From an uncultured Pirellulales bacterium (GTDB lineage Bacteria; Planctomycetota; Planctomycetia; Pirellulales; Pb10988), in contig CAZYKP010000021.1 of the NCBI GenBank assembly GCA_964648025.1, positions 33,472-97,471 of the forward strand: 64,000 bases of DNA. Direction: 5' to 3'. The position numbers and the translations under genes are program-made. Under the pieces are notes generated by a model. The model was not told the DNA's origin, did no database searches, and worked only from the letters and a program-made list of their open reading frames with translations. This document shows positions 28,993-38,740 of the stretch, one piece after another. Numbering within the stretch: position 1 is the first letter of the stretch; each line of letters begins with the position of its first letter.

Positions 28993-29802
28993 CTAACACG
29001 AGGAAGCGGACGATTGATCTCCCTCGCTCGGGGAATCGTCTGGCAAGGTCCCGGCCGGGCTGATCCGGTCGGGGTCACTTCGCCAGAGAAAATAGGAGTA
29101 GATGACCAGAGCGATGGTTCCCAGGATGAGACCCCCAACTCCGCCGACGATGGCCACCCAAGGGAATCCGCCGAGGCCCGCCAAGAACATCAGGGCTCCA
29201 CAGATGAGAAAAACCCAACCTCCGAGACGGTGAGTCTTCGTCCAGGACACTTTGCTGGAAAGCGTCCAGGGCGTGCGGATGCCAGCAAACCAGTTCGGCC
29301 GCAACTTGCCCATCACCAAACCGCAGACAACCATCAGCAAGCCGACTGCCGCGGGGACTGCTCGTTCCACAGGCACAAGGAAACCAGCTGCGTTGGCAAG
29401 TGCCACGAGGTGCACAAACGCCATCAAAAGAAGGATCGAGAATCGGAGGACGTTGTAAGCGGTGGCGAAATTTCGATAGTTGGCCCGGCCCGGATCAATC
29501 ATCGGCAACAACGCCAGCAGCAAGTAGATCCCCACCGCCAATGATGGGAACAGGGCCACACCTTCCCACTTGCTACCGAACCGATCCGGTTGCCCTTCGA
29601 TGTTCCAGTGCACCGGGATCTGCTCAGGAAGCTGGGGCCAACTGACCACAGCAACGATAGTCATGATTGCTAGCAAAAACCAGTGCGGCCATTCCGTCCG
29701 CCACGAAAGGTTCAACGGCGACCACCCCATGGATCGGTCCTCTCTGTGTTGTGTTGGTGGCGTGGTGATGCTTGTTTGTGGATGAGTCTCGGAAAAGCTC
29801 AT
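28993..29802 (-). CDS. SdpI/DUF1648-family integral membrane protein
   Basis: WPQLPEQIPVHWNIEGQPDRFGSKWE is the DUF1648 signature, followed by several TM helices. The start ATG overlaps the stop of the upstream ArsR gene (ATGA). Confidence 0.8.
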   Translation of the reverse strand: MSFSETHPQTSITTPPTQHREDRSMGWSPLNLSWRTEWPHWFLLAIMTIVAVVSWPQLPEQIPVHWNIEGQPDRFGSKWEGVALFPSLAVGIYLLLALLPMIDPGRANYRNFATAYNVLRFSILLLMAFVHLVALANAAGFLVPVERAVPAAVGLLMVVCGLVMGKLRPNWFAGIRTPWTLSSKVSWTKTHRLGGWVFLICGALMFLAGLGGFPWVAIVGGVGGLILGTIALVIYSYFLWRSDPDRISPAGTLPDDSPSEGDQSSASSC

Positions 29803-30236
29803 GAGCTTCGGCTTCTGTCGCCTGTCTCGGCAGGCAGTCCGGTCGGCTCTCTGGCAGAAGCATCCGGAGGACGAGAGTTCCTCAGCGGTGTCTCTGGTGA
29901 TTCGGCTGGTGATCGTTGAGGTTCGGATGTTTGGGTCTGTTGCCTTTGCTGAGCTTCCTGCAGCGGCTGCACATCAAAGAACTCCAAGACCGCCGCGAGG
30001 GCTTCTTCAAAGGCCGAGAGATTCAGGCTGTAGACTTGCCGGTTGGCCTGTCGCTCACTGACAATCAACCCCGCTGCCTTGAGGACATTGAAATGCCCTG
30101 AGAGTGTGCTTCGGGCCACCTGGACTTCTGCGGCAATCTGCCCCGCGGTCAGATCCCGTTGGCGAAGCAACTGCAGGATCTGCCGACGTGTGCGATCACT
30201 CAGTGCCTGAAAGAGCTGATCTAACATTCTCAACAA
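29799..30236 (-). CDS. ArsR/SdpR-family winged-helix transcriptional repressor
   Basis: LSDRTRRQILQLLRQRDLTAGQIAAEVQVARSTLSGHFNVLKAAGLI. TTG start at 30236, or ATG at 30227. Followed by a ~55-aa Gln/Pro-rich tail. Confidence 0.85.
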   Translation of the reverse strand: MLRMLDQLFQALSDRTRRQILQLLRQRDLTAGQIAAEVQVARSTLSGHFNVLKAAGLIVSERQANRQVYSLNLSAFEEALAAVLEFFDVQPLQEAQQRQQTQTSEPQRSPAESPETPLRNSRPPDASAREPTGLPAETGDRSRSS

Positions 30237-30398
30237 TCACGAGTCCACAAAATCACCGGTCAGCTCCTCGCTTTGGTTTCCGGCGGTGCTTGGTCTTCGG
30301 GTGGTTCTGTATTTCGCGAATAAGCGAAATAGTACGTGTGCAAAAAGCCGCAAGTTGCGGCTGACTGTCAGTAGCAACGCAGCTGGAGGCCGTGGGGA

Positions 30399-31010
30399 TC
30401 ACGCGCCGACCAAATCTGGCGAGCGTTTCATCGCGAGGAAGTTTCTCAACAAGGTTGTGCCGTCTTCGGTAAGGAAGCTCTCCGGGTGAAACTGGACGCC
30501 GACGATGGGGTAACGGCGGTGGCGTATCCCCATGATCTCTTGCTGGCCTTGGGGAGTGGTGCTCCAGGCGCTCAGCTCGAACTCTGTGGGGCTGAGAGTT
30601 CCCGCTTGGATGATCAAGCTATGATACCGCGTTGCCTGAAAGGGGTTGGGCAAACCTGAGAAGATCCCCTTTCGGTCGTGATGAATCAGGTCGGTCTTCC
30701 CGTGCATCAGACGATCAGCCCGGCTGATGGTCGCCCCAAAGGCCTGGCCAATCGACTGATGTCCAAGGCACACGCCCAAGGTCGGGATTTCTGGGCCGAA
30801 TCGGGCGATGGCCTCTACCGAGATGCCTGCCTCGTTGGGGGTACACGGCCCGGGGCTGATCATCAGATGAGATGGCGACCATTGAGCGATTTGCTCAAGG
30901 CTGATTTGGTCGTTGCGGACAACACGCAGATCCAGCTTGGGGTCGATCTCCCCCAAACGCTGGACCAGGTTGTACGTAAAAGAATCGTAATTGTCGATCA
31001 GCAAAATCAT
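30399..31010 (-). CDS. trpG: Glutamine amidotransferase component II of anthranilate / aminodeoxychorismate synthase
   Basis: ATG at 31010 gives MILLIDNYDSFTYNLVQRLGEI. Catalytic GVCLGHQ and GVQFHPES are present. trpG and pabA cannot be told apart by eye. Confidence 0.9.
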   Translation of the reverse strand: MILLIDNYDSFTYNLVQRLGEIDPKLDLRVVRNDQISLEQIAQWSPSHLMISPGPCTPNEAGISVEAIARFGPEIPTLGVCLGHQSIGQAFGATISRADRLMHGKTDLIHHDRKGIFSGLPNPFQATRYHSLIIQAGTLSPTEFELSAWSTTPQGQQEIMGIRHRRYPIVGVQFHPESFLTEDGTTLLRNFLAMKRSPDLVGA

Positions 31011-31051
31011 GAACAAACACTCATTCCTTGGACAGTCCCCAGCGAGCTTTG

Positions 31052-31153
31052 CCCCCGAGAACTTGTGTCCCCCGAGAACTTGTGTCCCCCGAGAACTTGT
31101 GTCCCCCGAGAACTTGTGTCCCTCGAGCAATTGTGTCCCTCGAGAACTTGTGT
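31052..31153. repeat. 6 x 17-bp tandem array in the trpG leader
   Basis: cccccgagaacttgtgt x4, then ccctcgagcaattgtgt and ccctcgagaacttgtgt. Begins 42 nt upstream of the trpG ATG. Confidence 0.9.
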
Positions 31154-31862
31154 CCAGCCCGGTGTTGTTGCCTTGGGTCTTTCGGGTCCCCACTGAGTGA
31201 GTCTCGCCGGCAATCTGGGACAGTCTCGGGAGGACTAATCCGCCACAAGCCGCCTGCCTTCCTCCGCCGACGAACCAGACCACATTGTGCCACCACCAAC
31301 CCGTTGACACTAGCGGAGCGGTCCCAAACCGCCGTGAAGACAGTCAGCTTCAAGAACCTCACCGATGATCAACAGGTTCAACCAAGTCAAGGGGAATTGA
31401 TCTGCATAAGCTCGCGGGGCGTTGGTATCTGCAGTGAATTTCCAGAAAGCAAGTTGACTGGGAAGGCCGTAGTAAGGCATTCACAAATCCTTAAAATGAT
31501 GCTCCTCTCTCTGAGCACCAATGCCCCAATTCCTTGACGTGCCCGTTGCCAAACTCAATCACACGAACCCCTGACTCCTGAGGGTGAACCAACAATTTCG
31601 CCTCATCGGAGCAAATGTTCTGCCAAAGCGGTTCTATTTCCAGCAATTCCAAGACAACTGTATATTCCACCGAGTTGGTCTGAGCGAGGGGCGAGTCTAC
31701 AATCCCTTAGAGAAATTTTTCACAAACCCTCATGTCATCTTCACACAGCGACGATCGGATCTGGCGGCTGATGGAAGGGTCAAAACCGGTTAGGTGAGGA
31801 TTTTCAACCATCTGAGCCGATCGAGGCGGAAGTCGAAGGACAAGCGTGAGGAGGACTTACTG

Positions 31863-33083
31863 ATGCAAACGCGAGCAGGAACAGCAACGACGTCCGACCA
31901 CCAGAAAGGGCTGGTGGTTGGTGGTGGCCATGGTCTGCAGCCGCGACGACCCGAACAAAGGCTCAACGGCGAACCGACATTCGAGTTGAGCACTTACAAA
32001 TCGCTTGACAATCAAACGTTGACCGAGCGAATTGGCGGCGTCAAAGACCGTTTGGGCTCGCGGTTGCTGATTTTGGGACACCACTACCAGCAAGATGAAG
32101 TCATTGCGTTGAGTGACCTGCGAGGCGACAGCTACCAACTCAGCCAAATGGCTGCCCAGAGCGATGAGTGTCGCTACATCGCTTTCTGCGGTGTGCACTT
32201 CATGGCCGAGACAGCCGACGTGGTGGCCAACACCCCAGACAAGCTCGCGGCTCGCGGCGAACGTGCTACGGTGATTCTGCCTGACCTGGCAGCTGGATGT
32301 TCTATGGCCGACATGGCTGCAATCCAGCAAGTCGAAAATGCCTGGGAAGAGCTTGGCGAGCTCATTGACACCCAGGGCGTTATCCCGGTGACTTACATCA
32401 ACTCCGCAGCGAGTTTGAAGGCGTTTTGCGGTCGTCATGGAGGCATGGTCTGTACCTCCAGCAACGCCGAGGCGGCGCTGAAGTGGGCTTTTGACAGGGG
32501 CGAAAAGGTGTTGTTCTTTCCTGATCAACACTTAGGACGCAATACGGCCAAAAAGATGGGCGTTCCCCTAGACCAAATGCATGTCTGGAACCCCTTCGAG
32601 GAGTTCGGCGGCCTGGAAGACGAAGAAATCGTTCAAAGCCGGGTGCTGCTGTGGCAAGGCCACTGCAGCGTTCATCAAATGTTCACTGCCGCTCATGTGA
32701 AGGCATTTCGGGAGCAACACCCCGGGATCAAAGTGTTGGTGCACCCGGAATGCACCATGGAAGTGGTCGATGCGGCTGACCTGAGTGGCTCGACCGGCTA
32801 CATCATTCGTCAAGTTGAGGCAGCTCCCGCGGGGACGAAATGGGCCATCGGCACGGAGTTGCACTTGGTCAACCGCCTCAAACAGGAACATCCTGAACAG
32901 GAGATCCACTTCCTCTCGCCGATTGTTTGCATGTGCGCAACAATGTACCGCATCGACCTTGCGCACCTCTGCTGGTCCCTGGAGAACTTGGAGGCAGGCA
33001 CCCCGGTCAACAAGGTCGAGGTCGATCCTGAAACTGCCAAGTGGGCTCTTGTTTCCTTGGAACGGATGCTGCAGATCAAGTAG
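31863..33083 (+). CDS. nadA: Quinolinate synthase
   Basis: ATG at 31863. LILGHHYQQDEV, CGVHFMAETADV, AGCSMADMA, VCTSSNAEAALKW, HPECTMEVV. Confidence 0.9.
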   Translation: MQTRAGTATTSDHQKGLVVGGGHGLQPRRPEQRLNGEPTFELSTYKSLDNQTLTERIGGVKDRLGSRLLILGHHYQQDEVIALSDLRGDSYQLSQMAAQSDECRYIAFCGVHFMAETADVVANTPDKLAARGERATVILPDLAAGCSMADMAAIQQVENAWEELGELIDTQGVIPVTYINSAASLKAFCGRHGGMVCTSSNAEAALKWAFDRGEKVLFFPDQHLGRNTAKKMGVPLDQMHVWNPFEEFGGLEDEEIVQSRVLLWQGHCSVHQMFTAAHVKAFREQHPGIKVLVHPECTMEVVDAADLSGSTGYIIRQVEAAPAGTKWAIGTELHLVNRLKQEHPEQEIHFLSPIVCMCATMYRIDLAHLCWSLENLEAGTPVNKVEVDPETAKWALVSLERMLQIK

Positions 33084-33279
33084 CCTTGTTCAGGGTGCAG
33101 ATGGCCAGGATCCGCCAAAACCACCACTTCGAGCCCTACTTGAGAGTCAACAACAACAAATAACCCAACAGCACGAACGGTTGACTCACTGCGAGGTGGC
33201 CTTGAGGTTCTTTTCAGACAATTACCAACTCGCTGATGCTCCCCGTTGCCTTCTGGTGCCTCAGAGCCCAGGGGCCAAC

Positions 33280-33430
33280 GAGGCGTCCTGATCTGCTGAG
33301 GCGTCCTGATCTGCTGAGGCGTCCTGATCTGCTGAGGCGTTCTGATCTGCTGAGTCCTACCGATCCGCTGAGTTCGGGCGTGTTGCTCAGTTCGGGTGTT
33401 CTGCTGAGTTCGGGTGTTCTGCTGAGTTCG
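33280..33430. repeat. Composite 18-bp-period tandem array (~8 units, two unit types)
   Basis: gaggcgtcctgatctgct x4, one degenerate unit, then (g/c)agttcgggtgttctgct x3. Spans the 3' end of the NHL gene (its C-terminus SAEHPNSAEHPN) and the intergenic region. Confidence 0.9.
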
Positions 33431-34517
33431 ATTGATCAACGGCCTCGTACTGAAGCCACCTGAGCACCCGATTGTTCGAGCTATCGGCAACATACAGATC
33501 ACCACCGTGCAGTCGCACACCATGCGGTTGATCGAGCTGGACCTCCGCAGGACGACCGGGAACACCACCACCTCCACGTTTTCCACTACCGATCAGATTC
33601 ACCAGTTCACCAGTGGCAACAACGTATTTGCGAATCCGATGATTCTCGGTGTCGGCGATGATCACATCTCCCTGAGAGTCGATACACAAATGCTTGGGGC
33701 CCTTAAGTGGGTCCGGCCTCCGGTGGTCAAGCAACGTCCGAATCTTTCCTGCGGGATTGACCACCCTCAGCGGACCGCCTCGACCCCGGTCCAGGATGTA
33801 GACGTTGCCTTTCTGGTCGGCCGCCACAGCCCGCGGAGGGCCAATCGGCGTCTGAGTGGCCAGGGCATTCTCTAGAAAATCTCCGCGGCCGCCTGTTCCA
33901 GCAAAGGTCGCGATTTGCCCAGTCGGTGAGTCAATCACTCGGACACGGCGATTCGACAAATCCGCGACATACAAGCGGTTGTTGTCGGGGCCAAAGGCCA
34001 AGCACATCACATCAGCAAACTGTGCTTTTTCGGCAGGACCATTGTCGCCAGCGAAACCTTTCTTGCCGCTCCCGGCAAGCCGCGTGATCACTCCGGTTTG
34101 CGGATCGATCTGGCGAATGCAGTGGTTCCAGGTGTCGGCCACCAAGATGGTGCCCTGAGGATCGACCACGACTGTGTGCATCCCGTTGAAGGTGGCCTCA
34201 GCTGCTGGTCCTCCGTCTCCGGTTAGGCCACGACTGCGTTTGCCAGCCAGCCTATGAATCAGCCCATCGCGATCAACCCGCATCACCCGTCCGCCCTCAA
34301 GCTCAACGATGACAGCTTGTCCTTTCGGATCAAAATCCATCCCAAAGGGCCGCAGCAACGCAGCGTCAGTTGCCGGAACACCATGCGGGTCCTTCTGGCC
34401 TCCGCCGGCAAAGAAGACCACCTGCTCATCGGCGGTTAGTTCGATGCCGCCTCCAACCACCAAGAGGAAAAATGTGAGACCAAACAGGAACTCGGTTGCT
34501 CGTCTCATTGCGTTCAT
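33387..34517 (-). CDS. NHL-repeat / six-bladed beta-propeller secreted protein
   Basis: Signal/TM is FLFGLTFFLLVVGG. Repeated blade motifs include LYVADLSNRRVRVID, IIADTENHRIRKY and LYVADSSNNRVLRW. Confidence 0.8.
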   Translation of the reverse strand: MNAMRRATEFLFGLTFFLLVVGGGIELTADEQVVFFAGGGQKDPHGVPATDAALLRPFGMDFDPKGQAVIVELEGGRVMRVDRDGLIHRLAGKRSRGLTGDGGPAAEATFNGMHTVVVDPQGTILVADTWNHCIRQIDPQTGVITRLAGSGKKGFAGDNGPAEKAQFADVMCLAFGPDNNRLYVADLSNRRVRVIDSPTGQIATFAGTGGRGDFLENALATQTPIGPPRAVAADQKGNVYILDRGRGGPLRVVNPAGKIRTLLDHRRPDPLKGPKHLCIDSQGDVIIADTENHRIRKYVVATGELVNLIGSGKRGGGGVPGRPAEVQLDQPHGVRLHGGDLYVADSSNNRVLRWLQYEAVDQSNSAEHPNSAEHPN

Positions 34518-34764
34518 CTTGGGGTGAGCAAGTCCGGTGATGCAAATCCTGAAGGTAGTGCACCAAGTTCTGGTCAGGGATGCAACAATTCACTTCCCAG
34601 AGACGCCACGCGGTGGGAACTGTTTTCGCGCACCCCAAACAAAAACCACTTGGGCGGGGCTGCAGCGGCAGAGACCGCAGGCCAAGGTGCCGCCGAATCC
34701 CTGAGAAAGCTTGAAGAGAAACCAAGCAAGCCAGCAGAATTCGGCGACAGACCTCGATGGCTGT

Positions 34765-35769
34765 TTAAGAACTTGCGGAGGAGGTGGGCTTCTCGCACTC
34801 CGGGTTCACCCAATGGGGTAAAGGCTCTTGCCGAAGCCCGGCCAACACGTTCTCAGCGGCAATTGTGGCCATTTGGTCTCGGGTCGAAAAAGTGGCACTT
34901 CCCACGTGAGGGGCAATCACCACATTGGGCAAGTTCAGCAGGGGGTCGTCTGGCGAAGGGGGCTCTGGGTCGGTGACATCCAAGCCAGCAGCGAAGATCT
35001 CTCCCGCCTGCAGGGCGGCCACCAAGTCCGTCTGCACAACGTGCTGACCCCGCGCGGTGTTAATCAACACGGCGGACTTTTTCATCTTGCGAAAGGCCGC
35101 AGCGTCGAAGATGCCGCGGTTGCTCTCGTTGAGGCTGGCGTGGATGCTGACAAAATCGCTTTGAGCCAACAGGGTGTCAAAATCCACCAACTCCGCTCCG
35201 AGTTGCTCCTCAGCATCAGGATTGGGAGTGCGGTTGTGGTACAACACCCGCATGCCCCAACCGCCATGCAGACGCTTGGCCACCGCCATCCCAATTCGCC
35301 CGAGGCCGACAATTCCCAGTGTTTTGCCAACCAGGTCGACCCCTAAATGACCACGAGGCTCCCAGGTCCGCCACTGTCCATCCAGGACGTAAAGCTGACC
35401 CTGCACGATGCATCGAGCTGCTGCCAGCAGCAGCCCCACCGCAATGTCGGCGGTCGCGTCGGTCAACACGCCTGGCGTATTGCCGACACGGATGCCCCGA
35501 GCATTGGCGGCGGCAAGGTCGATATTGTTGAAGCCAACTGCGTAGTTGCTGATGACCTTGAGCTTCCCACCGGCAGCATCCATCACCTCAGCATCCACCG
35601 CGTCACTGAGCAGGCACAGCAGCCCATCACACCCTTGGAGGCGTTCGATCAGTGTTTCCCGTGGCGGGGGAAGCGGATGTTCCCACACTTCGAGCTGGCA
35701 GTGCGTCCGGAGCCTCTCCAACCCGACCTCAGGAATCAGACGGGTGACGAAAACCTTCAACTGTGACAT
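34765..35769 (-). CDS. D-isomer-specific 2-hydroxyacid dehydrogenase (glyoxylate/hydroxypyruvate reductase-like)
   Basis: ATG at 35769 preceded by aggaaaaac. NAD fold GKTLGIVGLGRIGMAVAKRL, plus INTARG...LDVTDPEP and HVGSAT. Confidence 0.9.
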   Translation of the reverse strand: MSQLKVFVTRLIPEVGLERLRTHCQLEVWEHPLPPPRETLIERLQGCDGLLCLLSDAVDAEVMDAAGGKLKVISNYAVGFNNIDLAAANARGIRVGNTPGVLTDATADIAVGLLLAAARCIVQGQLYVLDGQWRTWEPRGHLGVDLVGKTLGIVGLGRIGMAVAKRLHGGWGMRVLYHNRTPNPDAEEQLGAELVDFDTLLAQSDFVSIHASLNESNRGIFDAAAFRKMKKSAVLINTARGQHVVQTDLVAALQAGEIFAAGLDVTDPEPPSPDDPLLNLPNVVIAPHVGSATFSTRDQMATIAAENVLAGLRQEPLPHWVNPECEKPTSSASS

Positions 35770-36158
35770 GTTTTTCCTGTTAGGCATCATGAAACATCGT
35801 CCGACTTGTCCGCCAAGGGGGACGATGGCCGGATGATCCGGCAGAATCCAGGATTCTACGACCGACTTCTGGATCCGCAATCCTCCCGAGCGGGGCGGTG
35901 AGGTTGTACAGTGTGGTCAGGCGGGGTCCACGCGGCTGGCTGTTGACTTTTCTGTCCGACTCTTTTGGCTTGGTGTTCTGGATTGGAGGTGGGAGACTCG
36001 AAGGCCTCAACCGCGAGGCTGTTGCTTTGGGGCTCCCTCCGATAGTCTCCTGCCAACGCTGAAGAGTTCCCTGGCGAGTTGACGGGCCTTGCAGCGGGCT
36101 CGTCTGCATGGTGTGTTGCCGGTGAGCTTCGCCACCCCTTTGGCAATGATCTGAAGTC

Positions 36159-38582
36159 ATGACGCGACGATCTTCAGGCCCAGCGACTGCCACGGACAAT
36201 CCTCCTTGGTCGGGAGAACCAGCTCGCCGCTGGTTATTGGCTGGCGTGGCAGCCTTGTGGGTGGCACGGCCTTTGCTCCCTCGAGAACTTCCTCTCACAG
36301 GAGAAGGGCTGATTTTTGTGATGTTGTGGCTGACCTTGTTGGTTGGCTGGGCGCTGCGAGGGCTGCTCAAGGGGGGGTTGGAGGTCCGCTGGGGTCCAAC
36401 CGAAATCGCCGTGGGATTCCTCGTTGGGGGTTATACCCTCAGCGCGGTGATTGCGGGCAGCCAGGGAGCCCCTCGGGCAGCCTCCAACATGCTGTGGGAA
36501 TTCATCGGACTGGCAGTCGGCTTCTTCCTCACCCGTCAGCTGGTGACCTCAAACCGAGAAGCACGAGCCTTGGTTGCCGGGCTTTCCGGTTTAGCTGTTG
36601 CTCTGGCGGTATATGGCATCTACCAGTATTCGGTCGAGATGCCCGCCACTCGTCAGATGTTTGAGCAGGCAGAAGACCAGGGGGAATTTGTCCGTGCCAA
36701 TGGTTTGACGATCACGCCCGAGAGTGCCGCCTGGGACAGTTTTGTGCAGCGGTTATACAGCCATGAGCCCTACGCCACATTCTCTTTAGCGAATTCCCTG
36801 GCCGGTTTCCTTGTCCCCTGGCTGCTGGTCCTGGCGGGGATCCTGCTGAGCTTGTGGACCAGGAAACCAACGGACCAAGCCAGCCAGGCTAACCAGGCCA
36901 ACCAGGCCAACCAGGCCAGCCGTCTGAGCCAGTCTCCTTTCGGCCGCTCTCCAGCTCACCCTGAAAGTTCCCGAAAGAGAACTGGCCAAGAAAAGGGCGA
37001 TCCCAGATGGAGGCTGGTTTGCTTAGGTGTTTCTCTGGGTTTGCTTCTTCTCTTGGCCTGTCTGGTGTTGACCAAAAGCCGTTCTGCATGGGCGGCGATG
37101 GCTCTTGGGCTGGTCCTGCTTGGGTGGTTGAGCCGGAGAGAGTGGGCCATTCGAGCCGGGAGCCCACCTTGGGCCGCCTCCTGGAGTAGCCGTTGGGTTT
37201 GGGGAAGTTGGATCATTGCTGGGGTCGGTCTTGGAGGGGTCTTACTCGCCATCGGGCTCACCGGTGTGGTCGACTGGGAAGTGTTCTCCGAGGCTTGGAA
37301 GTCCTTTTCTTATCGATTGCAGTACTGGCAAGGAGCCGGCCAGATCATTGCCGAGCGGCCCTTGTGGGGATGTGGGCCTGGGCAGTTTCAGGATCATTAC
37401 ATGCGGTTCAAGGCAGCCACCGCCAGTGAGGAGGTGCTCGACCCCCATAATTGGCTCGTGGAAATGGCCGCAACCGCAGGCCTGCCCAATTTGCTGCTTT
37501 TATTCGCTGGCTTGGCAGCTTTCGCATGGCAGCTGTTCCGATCGCCCTGCCAAGCCGAGGGTGAACGACAACCTGACCGGGATGCCTCGCGGTCGATTGC
37601 CTTAGGGGTCCTGCTGGGGGCGCCGTTGGCGTTTTTAGGGGGGCTGACTTATGGCTATGTGCTTTCTCCGCGACTTGTTGTGGGTGTGATCACCGGGCTT
37701 GGGCTCTGCCTGGGCTTTCTGTGGCCCTGGGTGGAGGATGGGAGGCTGCCCCGAAGAGTCGTTTGTGTGGCCCTGGTCGGCTTAGGGGTCAATTTGTTGG
37801 CCGCAGGGGGACTGAGCTTTCCGGGGGTGATTGGGACGGGCTGGATGCTGTTGGCCTTGGGGCTAACTCTTAGCCAGTTGCCGCCAGCGGGGTCGGAGCA
37901 ACGTCCGCCGCGAAAATGGGTGGCGGTGGTTTGGTCGGTTGTGTCGTTGGGACTGCTGGCCGCTTGTTATTTGACGGCCTATCTTCCAGTCTCTTCGTCG
38001 CGGATGTCGTGGCAGCAGGCCCAGGTGGTCTCCCAAAGCGGTTTCCCATCTGGGTCGGCCTCGCAGCGGGAACTCGCAGAAACTCAGGCGGCACGAGTTG
38101 ACCAGTTCCTGACCCAAGCGGCCCAGGCCGATCCGCTGAACCCTTGGCCTGCCGAGCAATTGGCAGAGCTGGCCTTAAGAAAGTGGGAGTCCCAACCGCA
38201 GGAGCGGCTGTGGCGAGAGTTTGTGTTTTGGTCGGAGCAGTATCTGCGAGCACGTGGACCCTCGGCGGAGTCGCACCTGCAGATCGGTTTATGGTACCGG
38301 CGAGCGGCTGAGGCGACCTCCTATCAACCTCTCCATGAGGTCTTCAGGGCTGAGGAGGTCCAGTGGTTGAGCCTGGCTGTGCAGTGGTACCCGAACAGCC
38401 CACAGCATCGTGGGGAGCTTGCACGCTCGCAGGCCGCAGCAGGGGATCGCCAGGCCGCCGCGGTCACCGCACAACAGGCACTGGATTTGAGCGACCGAAC
38501 GCCACACCAGGACAAAAAGCTCAGCGGCGAACTGTACCAACTTCTGCAACGTATCACCACTGCGCCGGACCAGGCCGGTTAG
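36159..38582 (+). CDS. O-antigen-ligase/polymerase-like polytopic membrane protein with C-terminal TPR-like region
   Basis: 807 aa with more than 10 TM segments. A Wzy_C-like stretch (LVLTKSRSAWAAMALGLVLLGW) and a helical-repeat C-terminus. In-frame 9-bp repeat QANQANQAN at 36882-36917. Confidence 0.75.
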   Translation: MTRRSSGPATATDNPPWSGEPARRWLLAGVAALWVARPLLPRELPLTGEGLIFVMLWLTLLVGWALRGLLKGGLEVRWGPTEIAVGFLVGGYTLSAVIAGSQGAPRAASNMLWEFIGLAVGFFLTRQLVTSNREARALVAGLSGLAVALAVYGIYQYSVEMPATRQMFEQAEDQGEFVRANGLTITPESAAWDSFVQRLYSHEPYATFSLANSLAGFLVPWLLVLAGILLSLWTRKPTDQASQANQANQANQASRLSQSPFGRSPAHPESSRKRTGQEKGDPRWRLVCLGVSLGLLLLLACLVLTKSRSAWAAMALGLVLLGWLSRREWAIRAGSPPWAASWSSRWVWGSWIIAGVGLGGVLLAIGLTGVVDWEVFSEAWKSFSYRLQYWQGAGQIIAERPLWGCGPGQFQDHYMRFKAATASEEVLDPHNWLVEMAATAGLPNLLLLFAGLAAFAWQLFRSPCQAEGERQPDRDASRSIALGVLLGAPLAFLGGLTYGYVLSPRLVVGVITGLGLCLGFLWPWVEDGRLPRRVVCVALVGLGVNLLAAGGLSFPGVIGTGWMLLALGLTLSQLPPAGSEQRPPRKWVAVVWSVVSLGLLAACYLTAYLPVSSSRMSWQQAQVVSQSGFPSGSASQRELAETQAARVDQFLTQAAQADPLNPWPAEQLAELALRKWESQPQERLWREFVFWSEQYLRARGPSAESHLQIGLWYRRAAEATSYQPLHEVFRAEEVQWLSLAVQWYPNSPQHRGELARSQAAAGDRQAAAVTAQQALDLSDRTPHQDKKLSGELYQLLQRITTAPDQAG

Positions 38583-38740
38583 CGTGGCATCGTTTGTTTT
38601 TCGGCTTTGCTTGACTCGACTTCACCTGACTCGACTTCGCTTGATTCAAGTGTCCTCAATTCCAGTAATCTCAGTTGTCCCTTTCTGGAATCGAACAAAG
38701 CGCGGAATAGAACCTCCTTTGTTTGTGAGCCTGAACGACT

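Noticed and set aside
31052-31153. Possible CRISPR arrays (this and the other tandem arrays at 12310, 22577, 33280, 45334, 55248, 57603 and 62592)
   Set aside because: The units are 13-22 bp and directly abutting with no unique spacers. No cas genes are present in the window.
30399-31310. Long N-terminal extensions given by the longest-ORF track (trpG to 31310, lysC to 45418, heme protein from 24563, ABC ATPase from 48763, nadA from 31794, dehydrogenase to 35880)
   Set aside because: The extensions run through tandem arrays or non-conserved sequence. Canonical family N-termini begin at internal starts, which I verified to be in frame.
31700-31862. NAD+ (nadA-motif) riboswitch in the nadA leader
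   Set aside because: I cannot recognise the tandem-domain consensus from memory in this AT-rich leader. It is left as an open check for cmsearch, not a call.
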